A DNA stretch of 32,000 nt from an archaeon (lineage in GTDB: Archaea; Iainarchaeota; Iainarchaeia; Iainarchaeales; CSSED10-239): assembly GCA_035390665.1 (NCBI GenBank), contig DAOOUC010000006.1:1-32000 (forward strand). The letters are read 5' to 3'. Made by a program: the position numbers and the translations under genes. This document shows positions 8,455-16,674 of the stretch, in pieces; the stretch's first letter is position 1, and each line of letters starts with the position of its first letter. A model generated the notes under the pieces. It was not told the DNA's origin. It did not search any database and worked only from the letters and a program-made list of their open reading frames with translations.

Positions 8455-9327
8455 ATGAATAGAAGAGAACAAAGAAAAACTATTTATCAAACTAAATTAA
8501 ATCTAACTGCCGAAGAAAGAACACAACGTAAAAAAGACTTCTTAAGATTTCTAAACGAAAGACAAAAGATTGAAGTTAAAGAAAAAGTAAAAAATCCAAG
8601 ATTTAGATTTGTAGAATCAGAAACAAAAGAATTAGGATATTCTAAATTAGCAAAACAAATAATACACGAAACCCCAGGACTATTAAGAGAATTTTATAGA
8701 GTATCAAAAGAAAGACTAAAAGAATATAAAGACCCAGAAGGCAGATTTGAAATAAAAAGACACTTGATGTTGCCGTCTGTTAGAACAACAAACGTTGCTT
8801 ATGTCTTGTCTGTTAAACATAATGGAAAAATAAAGAGATTTTTTATAAAAGAAACAAATAATTCAGGAATTTTAGAAAGAACAAGTGGAAATAACAAAAC
8901 TACTTCTTTTTTAGATTATGTAAATAGAGGAATAGACGGAATAAGTGAAGCAAGAGCTTTATCTTTGATTCAAGATTGTGGGATTCAAATAATTACTCAT
9001 CATTTTGCGTTTAAAGATCTAGAAAGAAAAAAAAGCTATATTGTTTATGATTTTGTACCAGAATTATTAAATGGAATACATTTAAAGAAATTAATCTCAA
9101 GAAAACAAATACCTATGTCAAAGATACAAGAAATAAAACAATATATTGAAGATGCAAAAGATAAGATTTATCAAGAATTAAAAAATAAGAACAAATATGG
9201 AATAGAGGATAATAGAATCATAACAGATATTTTAGATTTCGATAATATTTATTATGATAGTAAAAAAGATAAGGTATTTTTATTTGATCCTTTATTAGAA
9301 AATACAGAATATGTAAGAAAGATATGA
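8455..9327 (+). CDS. Divergent kinase-fold-like protein, member 2 of the paralog family
   Basis: ETPGLLREFYRV / RFFIKETNN / EARALSLIQDCGIQIITHHFAF / SYIVYDF / VFLFDPLLE; likely start is the internal ATG at 8455 rather than 8410. Confidence 0.5.
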   Translation: MNRREQRKTIYQTKLNLTAEERTQRKKDFLRFLNERQKIEVKEKVKNPRFRFVESETKELGYSKLAKQIIHETPGLLREFYRVSKERLKEYKDPEGRFEIKRHLMLPSVRTTNVAYVLSVKHNGKIKRFFIKETNNSGILERTSGNNKTTSFLDYVNRGIDGISEARALSLIQDCGIQIITHHFAFKDLERKKSYIVYDFVPELLNGIHLKKLISRKQIPMSKIQEIKQYIEDAKDKIYQELKNKNKYGIEDNRIITDILDFDNIYYDSKKDKVFLFDPLLENTEYVRKI

Positions 9328-10730
9328 ATAAAATAATTAAAGCAATATTATTTTCATCAATAATATTCTTAATAATAATATTACAAACAATTGTGGGAAA
9401 TATGAATGATAATAATTTTAGAAAACCAACAGTGGCTGGAAGTTTCTATCCTGAAAATAAAGCAATACTTACAAGTCAATTAGATACTTTTTTTGAAAAA
9501 GTAGAAATAAAATATTCTGGAGAAAAAGTAAATGCACTTATTGTTCCACACGCAGGATATATATATTCTGGAAAAACAGCAATGTTTGGCTATAAAGAAC
9601 TTTACTTGGATTTATTACTTAGAGAAGAAGATAATTTTAAAATTATTATTATTGCCCCTGCGCACACAGAATATGTTAAAGATATAGTTATATCTGACTA
9701 TAATTATTTTAGAACACCATTTGGAGATATTAAAATTAATTCTACAAAAATAAAAGCAGAAATAAACAACTCTCCACATGTTAAAGAACACTCTATTGAA
9801 GTTCAGCTTCCTTTCTTACAATATATTTTCCAAAAGGCAGGAAAAGAATTTACAATTGTTCCTATAATTGTTGGAGAAGTAAATGAAAAAGAAATATCAG
9901 AAATTGCTAAAGATATAAACAAAGAAATTACAGAAAATACAATAGTGATTGTCTCAAGTGATCTTTCACATTATCTACCTGAAGAAAAAGCTAAAGAAAT
10001 TGATAATAAAACAATACAGCAAATCTTGGACAACACAACAAATAACAAAATAGATGCCTGTGGTAAAAACCCTATATTGGTATTAGAAGAAATTGCTAAA
10101 ATAAAAAAATGGAATAAGCCAAAACTATTAAAACAAACAACCTCTGGAGATGTCACAAAAGACAAAAAAGCAGTTGTTGGTTATGCAAGTATTTCTTATA
10201 CAGAAAATAAAGAACATTTATTGATAAGATTAGCACATAGATCAATACAAAATGTTTTTGATTCCAGAGCTGATAACTTTAAAGACTTACAAACCTCAAT
10301 TCCAAAAGAATACTTAGAAAAGAAAGGAAGTTTTGTAACTTTAACAATAGGAAAAAGACTAAGAGGATGTATTGGTAACATTACAAGCACAAAAACAGTT
10401 TTTGAAGGAATAATTTCTAATTCCAAGTTTGCTGCTTTTCAAGACCCACGTTTTGATGAATTAACTGAAAAAGAATTTGAGAGAACAGATATTGAAATAT
10501 CAATTCTTTCTAAACCAAAAGATTGTACTTTAGAAGAAATCAAGATTGGAGAAGGAGTAATTATAAGACAAGGGGTAGCTAGTGCTGTTTATCTTCCACA
10601 AGTTTGGGAACAATTACCTGATAAAGATCAATTTCTTGCAAGTCTATGTGAGAAAGCAGGACTAGAGTGGAACTGTTACAAAGAAAAAGAAACAAAATTT
10701 CAAAAATTTTCTGTTGAAATAATTGAATAA
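9324..10730 (+). CDS. Membrane-anchored MEMO1-AMMECR1 fusion protein
   Basis: N-terminal hydrophobic segment; RKPTVAGSFYPE, VPHAGYIYSG, SSDLSHY (MEMO); RGCIGN, DPRFDELTEKEF, LPQVWEQLPDKDQFL (AMMECR1); 4-nt overlap with the upstream gene. Confidence 0.9.
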   Translation: MNKIIKAILFSSIIFLIIILQTIVGNMNDNNFRKPTVAGSFYPENKAILTSQLDTFFEKVEIKYSGEKVNALIVPHAGYIYSGKTAMFGYKELYLDLLLREEDNFKIIIIAPAHTEYVKDIVISDYNYFRTPFGDIKINSTKIKAEINNSPHVKEHSIEVQLPFLQYIFQKAGKEFTIVPIIVGEVNEKEISEIAKDINKEITENTIVIVSSDLSHYLPEEKAKEIDNKTIQQILDNTTNNKIDACGKNPILVLEEIAKIKKWNKPKLLKQTTSGDVTKDKKAVVGYASISYTENKEHLLIRLAHRSIQNVFDSRADNFKDLQTSIPKEYLEKKGSFVTLTIGKRLRGCIGNITSTKTVFEGIISNSKFAAFQDPRFDELTEKEFERTDIEISILSKPKDCTLEEIKIGEGVIIRQGVASAVYLPQVWEQLPDKDQFLASLCEKAGLEWNCYKEKETKFQKFSVEIIE

Positions 10731-10734
10731 AAAA

Positions 10735-12129
10735 TTATAAGAAATATGGAATGATATTTAGTATTAATAATAATAATATCATATATCCAAAAAATTTCTT
10801 AACCATTTTCATTCTCTTTTCTTCATCATGTCTTTTATTTAAATACCCTGAATAAATGTTTTGTGCAAGAGACCCACCATCAAACGGAATTGTTGGAAGG
10901 AAATTTGTAGTTGCAATTATAAAATTAAGCATAACAAACCAAAGAAGGACTTGGTAAATTAATTTATAACTTTTATATTTTTGTGGTAAAGGAACACTTT
11001 CATCAATCTTAATATCAGCAGAAATACCAATATTTCCTAATTCATTTGTTCTTATATATTCTGTTCTTGTAATATTAGTATCAATATTTTGAACAACAAA
11101 AACATTTTCATAATCGTTCTTTACAGCTTTACGTAAATCACTTTGAGTCTTAATTGTTTTACTATTAACTGAAAGGATTTTATCATTTTTTACAAGTTTA
11201 CCATATGCAGGATTTTCAAAAGAAGAACCACAGATCTCTGCACTTTCTGTAACATTGTTTACAACTAAACCAATCTCTCTTTGATTATCTATTGATGTTG
11301 TGTATTTTGAAATTGGAGAAGTAATCATTAAAAGAATCAAACCAAAAACAACAGCTAAGAAAAGATTACTTGCTGGCCCTGCCGCATACATTTTTGTAAC
11401 CTTTCTTTTATCAATTTTTTTTAATTGTTCTTCATCTGGTTCAACAAATGCACCTAATGGAAGTATTCCAAAAAGAATAACCCCAACTGACTTTAATCTA
11501 ACTTTTGCAACACGAAGCATTATTCCATGACAAAATTCATGAATAAATGCAGCAATAATTAAAATAATCCAACCATACCAAGGAATAAAGAAATTTGTTT
11601 TAGGAACCTTTACGCCTGGAATTACTAAACCAACACCTGGACAAGCAACTTTTCCTACAAACATTTTTGCAATAATATCATATGCTGAAAATATCAAAGA
11701 ACCAAGAATAAAACCAGATAGTCCCATTAAACCAGTTAAACCTACAATGAAATATGAAATAAACTTAGGGATTAGAGGATTATTAAAAAATAAACTTCCC
11801 GCAAGATAATATGAAACAACAGTAAAGACAATTAGAGAAATAATAAATATTATAGTTCTTTTTAATTTACTTGCTTTATCTTTAATTAAATAATCAATTC
11901 CAAAAGGGCCAAAACCAGCAATTATTCCAAAATTAGATAACCAAGTTAATTGTTTTTCATATTTTTTTGATAATTTATCTATTGTTTTTGTTAATTTTTT
12001 TGTTTCCAATAAAATAAATAACCAAAGCATTGTTCTTGTTTTAAAGAAAATTCTTGCAACGCTTGCACAAAATAATGCAACTAAAAAAATTAAAATTATC
12101 CATAAATAGGTTGTCATATTGATTCTCAT
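10735..12129 (-). CDS. Site-2 protease family zinc metalloprotease (M50) with PDZ-like insert
   Basis: FIHEFCHGIM (HExxH) and NFLPTIPFDGG motifs with multiple TM helices. Confidence 0.9.
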   Translation of the reverse strand: MRINMTTYLWIILIFLVALFCASVARIFFKTRTMLWLFILLETKKLTKTIDKLSKKYEKQLTWLSNFGIIAGFGPFGIDYLIKDKASKLKRTIIFIISLIVFTVVSYYLAGSLFFNNPLIPKFISYFIVGLTGLMGLSGFILGSLIFSAYDIIAKMFVGKVACPGVGLVIPGVKVPKTNFFIPWYGWIILIIAAFIHEFCHGIMLRVAKVRLKSVGVILFGILPLGAFVEPDEEQLKKIDKRKVTKMYAAGPASNLFLAVVFGLILLMITSPISKYTTSIDNQREIGLVVNNVTESAEICGSSFENPAYGKLVKNDKILSVNSKTIKTQSDLRKAVKNDYENVFVVQNIDTNITRTEYIRTNELGNIGISADIKIDESVPLPQKYKSYKLIYQVLLWFVMLNFIIATTNFLPTIPFDGGSLAQNIYSGYLNKRHDEEKRMKMVKKFFGYMILLLLILNIIPYFL

Positions 12130-12211
12130 TTTATTATTGTTATAATATTTATGTTATATTATATTTATATTAGTTATGCTACTTATCTATATTAGTAAAC
12201 TTGGTGAAAAA

Positions 12212-13252
12212 ATGGGAGTTGCTATTGGACCTTTAGTTGAAGATTGTAAGAAAAGAATAGAGCTATCTGAGTTTAAAGGCAAAAAATTTGGTTTTGATGC
12301 ATATAATATGCTATATCAATTTGTTACAACGATAAGAGGAATAGATGGAGAACCTCTTAAAAATGAAAAAGGAGAAATTACTAGTCACTATTCTGGAATA
12401 TTTTATAGAATATCTAATGTTTTAAGTAATGGAATTACACCTGTGTTTGTTTATGATGGAAAAAGCAACGAATTAAAGAACCAAACAAAACAAGATAGAA
12501 GGAACAAAAGAGCAGAAGCTAAAGAAAAACTAGATCAAGCAATCCTAGATGAAGACCTTGAAAGCATGAATAAGTTTTCTAGACAATCTGCAACTATTGA
12601 TAAAAAGATAATAGATGAATCACAAGAACTTCTTCAAGCTATGGGAGTATCTTGTTTTACAGCTCCTGGAGAAGCAGAAGCACAAATTTCTTACATGACT
12701 TCAAACAATCAAGTTGATTATTGTGTATCACAAGACTTTGATTGCCTTTTATTTGGTTCTCCAAATCTTGTTAAGAATATCGGAGTAAGTGGAAAAAGAA
12801 AGGTTCCTTTCAAGAAAGTATATGTTGACGTTTATCCATACATCCTTGAAAGCGAACAAGTGTTTTCTAAACTAAACATCACAAGAGAAAAACTAATCTG
12901 GATGTCTATGCTTATAGGAACAGACTTTAATAACAAGGTTGAAGGCATTGGCCCTAAGACTGCTCTTAAACTCGTACAAACAAATAACTCCTTTGAAGAC
13001 ATTTTAACAGAAATAAAAAAGAAAAATGTAGAAATTGATTTTGATTACAAAGAGATACAAGATATCTTTCTTAATCCAGATATAGACAAACAACCAAAAT
13101 ATGAAAAACAAACATTCAACCGTTCAAAGATAGAGCACATACTTATTGACAAAGCAGGATTTGAAGAAAAAAGAACAATTAATTATCTTAACGAATTTGA
13201 AAAGAAAAGAAACGAAGTAGATAAACAAAAAACACTAAGTAAATGGTTTTAG
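12212..13252 (+). CDS. fen: Flap endonuclease 1
   Basis: FDAYNMLYQF, VFVYDG, GEAEAQISYM, SQDFDCLLFG, GTDFNNKVEGIGPKTALKLV, C-terminal PIP box QKTLSKWF; ATG at 12212 gives the canonical MGVAIGPL start. Confidence 0.95.
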   Translation: MGVAIGPLVEDCKKRIELSEFKGKKFGFDAYNMLYQFVTTIRGIDGEPLKNEKGEITSHYSGIFYRISNVLSNGITPVFVYDGKSNELKNQTKQDRRNKRAEAKEKLDQAILDEDLESMNKFSRQSATIDKKIIDESQELLQAMGVSCFTAPGEAEAQISYMTSNNQVDYCVSQDFDCLLFGSPNLVKNIGVSGKRKVPFKKVYVDVYPYILESEQVFSKLNITREKLIWMSMLIGTDFNNKVEGIGPKTALKLVQTNNSFEDILTEIKKKNVEIDFDYKEIQDIFLNPDIDKQPKYEKQTFNRSKIEHILIDKAGFEEKRTINYLNEFEKKRNEVDKQKTLSKWF

Positions 13253-13255
13253 AAA

Positions 13256-13966
13256 ATGTTTAAAAGAATAATTACAAAAGTAAGTAATGCATTAAAACCG
13301 AAACAATGGGTTAGAGATAAGAGTGTTCCTCCAAAGACAGGTAAATCAATTAAAGAAATTTTAGATAATGACCCACATAAAGATTTAGAAATCCTTATAA
13401 GAAAAATAAAAACAGGTAAAGAAAAGGGAACATATGTTGATACTTCCGTAAGAAGATTAAAAGGACAAGTAGATGAAAGTAATGCTTATGATAGTGGAGT
13501 TGAACATCCAGATTTTAATAATCAAAAAGATATTATGATTCACACACACCCTAATGATCATCCAATCCCAAGTCCTGTTGATTTAATGGAGGATATCTAT
13601 AGATATGAATTAATAGATATTTATAAAAAGGACAAAAATAAACCGGCATCATTACCAATGACGGTTATTTCAGTTAAAGATTCAAAAACTCATGAAGAAA
13701 TTGGGCGTACATATTATACAATACCAAAGTTTAAAGATAAAAATGGCAATTTAACTAATGATCCAAAATATGCCCTTGAGAAATTTAAACAATTATTAAA
13801 TCCAAACTCATTTTCGAATTTTAAATGGGCGGTTGGTAGTTTAGCCCAAGGCAAAACACATGATTATAATGCAATAAAAAAATACTTAGATATTCATTTT
13901 AAGTTTATACCTGCGAAAGGTTATAGATTTAATAAAAAGAAAATAAGATTTGAAAAAATAAAATAA
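13256..13966 (+). CDS. Protein with a JAB/MPN (JAMM)-like metal-binding motif
   Basis: E...MIHTHPNDHPIPSPVD fits the EXnHXHX10D JAMM consensus. Confidence 0.55.
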   Translation: MFKRIITKVSNALKPKQWVRDKSVPPKTGKSIKEILDNDPHKDLEILIRKIKTGKEKGTYVDTSVRRLKGQVDESNAYDSGVEHPDFNNQKDIMIHTHPNDHPIPSPVDLMEDIYRYELIDIYKKDKNKPASLPMTVISVKDSKTHEEIGRTYYTIPKFKDKNGNLTNDPKYALEKFKQLLNPNSFSNFKWAVGSLAQGKTHDYNAIKKYLDIHFKFIPAKGYRFNKKKIRFEKIK

Positions 13967-13995
13967 GAAATAGAAAAATAAAAAGTAAATTAGAA

Positions 13996-14148
13996 CTACT
14001 TAGCTCTTTTACCTTTCTTCTTTACTCTAATCTTTACTGATTTACATTTTCTACAACATTCTGGTTTCTTTGGTGATCTCATTGTAGCATTACATGCCAT
14101 ACAACACCACATGTTCTTTAATCTTCTTTGTTTTGCTGCTTCATCCAT
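13996..14148 (-). CDS. 50S ribosomal protein L40e (eL40)-like zinc ribbon protein
   Basis: Manual translation: MDEAAKQRRLKNMWCCMACNATMRSPKKPECCRKCKSVKIRVKKKGKRAK*; two CxxC knuckles and basic tail as in eL40; absent from the ORF track. Confidence 0.75.
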   Translation of the reverse strand: MDEAAKQRRLKNMWCCMACNATMRSPKKPECCRKCKSVKIRVKKKGKRAK

Positions 14149-14370
14149 ATTCTTTTTACACCTTTTAATTATTAATGTTAATATACTTCCATAAAATAAG
14201 AAATACTATATAATAATTATAATAAATAAACTTTATAAATAGAAGTCTTATATAAGTAATAAAAAAATAAATAGAAACCCATATAATATATAAATGTTTT
14301 TGTTCTTATTTATATATAATATTTCTATTTTTAAGTAGTCGACCTTAAATAAATAGAAAGATACCTTTAT

Positions 14371-14444
14371 GCTCCGATAGTGTAGCCCGGTAATCACACT
14401 GGCCTTTCAAGCCAGTAACGCGGGTCCGAATCCCGCTCAGAGCA
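14371..14444 (+). tRNA. tRNA-Glu (TTC)
   Basis: ACTGGC-CTTTCAA-GCCAGT anticodon arm, GCGGG-TCCGAAT-CCCGC T arm, GCTCCGA/TCAGAGC acceptor stem with one C-A mismatch. Confidence 0.9.
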
Positions 14445-14519
14445 GATTTAAATTTAAGATGACTTTAAAAACTTAAAGAGACATAAATATTATAAGAAAT
14501 GAAACAATAAAGTGATAAA

Positions 14520-14651
14520 ATGGGAACACGTAAAAAAGATAGCAGTAGATTTAAAAAAACCAGATCCAGAGAAAGATGGAAATGGAAAAAGAAGAAAATG
14601 AGAGAAAAGCAAAGAGAAAGAAGATATTTAAGAAAGAGAGCAGCTACATAA
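14520..14651 (+). CDS. 43-aa highly basic protein, possibly eL41-like
   Basis: MGTRKKDSSRFKKTRSRERWKWKKKKMREKQRERRYLRKRAAT*; upstream TATA-like sequence and downstream T-rich tract; Trp/Lys/Arg composition recalls eL41. Confidence 0.55.
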   Translation: MGTRKKDSSRFKKTRSRERWKWKKKKMREKQRERRYLRKRAAT

Positions 14652-14727
14652 AGCTGACTTTCTTTTATTTTATTCTTATTATATTTTTTTCTTTAAATCA
14701 AGTTCTAATTCTTTAATTTTAGAATCA

Positions 14728-14849
14728 AAACATCTATTTATAAATTAATTGCTCTTTCTTTAATGTATAAATTATTTTAGTTAAAGACCACAGAAAATTA
14801 TCTAGTGGTTGATAGAAAAATCATGTTTTTTAAACATCTATTTATAAAT
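14728..14849 (+). promoter_or_regulatory. Candidate tandem promoters for 16S rRNA (two 18-nt copies of AAACATCTATTTATAAAT)
   Basis: Exact direct repeat at 14728..14745 and 14832..14849, each with a TTTATAAAT TATA-like box, upstream of 16S. Confidence 0.5.
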
Positions 14850-14966
14850 CTTTCTCTACTTATATTTATTATAACTGTAAAAAAGTTTCAAGCAATTTTG
14901 CAGTTCTATACTTTTTGTGAGGGTTCAAGATATTTGAGTCTGATGTTAGGAAAAAGATGTGTAATG

Positions 14967-16564
14967 CATAAACTGTTTAAAATTTATGTGTGCATTCTAT
15001 AAAACCAATTCCAGCTGATCCTGCTGGTGGATACTGCTATTAGAGTTTGACTAAGACATGCAAGTTTGAAAGTCTCGGCCATGAGAGACTTTGGCAGACG
15101 GCTCAGTAACGCGTGGTCAACCTACCTTTCTGATAAGTTAATCTTGGGAAACTGAGGATAATGCTTAATAGAAAAACAAATCTGGAATGATTGTTTTTTC
15201 AAAGGTCTTGCACTCATGCGTGTAAGATGCGGAAAGATGGGACTGCGTCAGATTAGGCTGTTGGCAGGGTAACTGCCTACCAAACCGAAGATCTGTACGG
15301 GCCTTGAGAGAGGGTGCCCGGAGAAGGAAACTGAGATAAGGTTCCTAGCCCTACGGGGTGCAGCAGTCGCGAAACTTTTACAATGCGGGAAACCGTGATA
15401 GAGAGACTCTAAGTGCCAGCAAAAACTGGCTTTTATATAGCTTAGATAGCTATGTGAATAAGGGGGGGGCAATATGCGTGCCAGCCGCCGCGGTAATACG
15501 CAATCCTCGAGTGGTATCCAGCTTTATTTGGCTTAAAGCGTGTGTAGCTGGTTTATTAAGTCTTTTGTGAAAGCAGTGAGCTCAACTTATTGAATTGCAA
15601 AAGATACTGGTAGGCTAGAGATAGGGAGACGTCTGGGGTATTCCTAGAGTAGGAGTAGAATCTTAAGATACTAGGAAGACCACCTGTGGCGAAGGCGCCA
15701 GACGAGAACTAGTCTGACAGTGAGACACGAAAGCTGGGGGCGCAACCCGGATTAGATACCCGGTTAGTCCCAGCCGTAAACGATGCGAATTAGGTGTTGG
15801 GTTAACTACGAGTTAACTCAGGGCCGAAGGGAAACCATTAAATTCGCCGCCTGGGGAGTACAGTCGCAAGGCAGAAACTTAATGGAATTGGCGGGGGTGC
15901 ACTACAAGGGGTGGATGCTGCGGTTTAATTGGATGAAACGCCAGATATTTTACCAGAACAGACAGCAAGATGATGGTCAGTCTAAAGGGCTTACCTGATG
16001 CGCTGAGAGGTGCTGTATGGCCGTCGCCAGCTCGTACTGTGAAGCTTCCTGTTAACTCAGGTAACGGGCGAGACCCATGTTATTAGTTGCTACTTTCTTT
16101 AGTGATAAGGAGAGGCACTCTAATAAGACTGCATTGGTAACAATGAGGAAGGAATGGGCGAAGGCAGGTCTGTATAGCCCGATTGCTCTGGGCAACACGC
16201 GGCATACAATGACTAGGACAATGAGTCTCTAACCCGAAAGGGGGTGGCAATCTCAGAAACCTAGCCGAAGTTCGGATTGTGGGTTGCAACTCACCCACAT
16301 GAAGCTGGAATCCCCAGTAATCGCGTGTCACTATCGCGCGGTGAATATGTCCCTGCGCCTTGCACACACCGCCCATCAAGCCAGTTGAGTAGAGTGTGGA
16401 TGAACTCTAGCCTATTACAGGTTAAAGTAATTCTACATTTTGCGAGACGGACTAAGTTGTAACAAGGTGTCCGTAGGGGAACCTGCGGACGGATCACCTC
16501 CTATATACAAATTAAATTTGTGTGTACTATTAAGCAAGAAACATAAAATTTGTTTAGCTTTATG
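14967..16564 (+). other. Candidate pre-16S processing stem (arms 14967..14989 and 16541..16564)
   Basis: CATAAA/TTTATG and AAATTTATGT/ACATAAAATTT (one-nt bulge) pair across the 16S gene with an internal loop between them. Confidence 0.35.
15008..16502 (+). rRNA. rrs: 16S ribosomal RNA (archaeal)
   Basis: 5' ATTCCAGCTGATCCTGCTGG, GTGCCAGCCGCCGCGGTAA, AAACTTAATGGAATTGGCGGGG, TTGCACACACCGCCC, 3' GGATCACCTCCT. Confidence 0.98.
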
Positions 16565-16674
16565 AATTTTCCTAACGCCCCACAAAATAAAAACTTTTTT
16601 TATTTTTTAATCGTTAAATTTTAATCTTACTATCAGACCATATTCTTTTAAACACTATGGTAGTTCTTTTAATT

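Noticed and set aside
11300-11530. 76-aa plus-strand ORF inside the M50 protease gene
   Set aside because: It is antisense to a protein with clear HExxH and PDZ-like regions.
14161-14345. AT-rich stretch with TATATATA runs as a possible repeat element or origin
   Set aside because: Low-complexity AT sequence near oppositely oriented promoters; no unit structure or conserved box could be defined.
14805-15002. 65-aa ORF upstream of 16S
   Set aside because: It lies in the rRNA leader and overlaps the duplicated promoter module and processing-stem arm; its composition is not protein-like.
15248-16497. Several ORFs on both strands within the 16S gene
   Set aside because: They are chance reading frames inside the structured rRNA.
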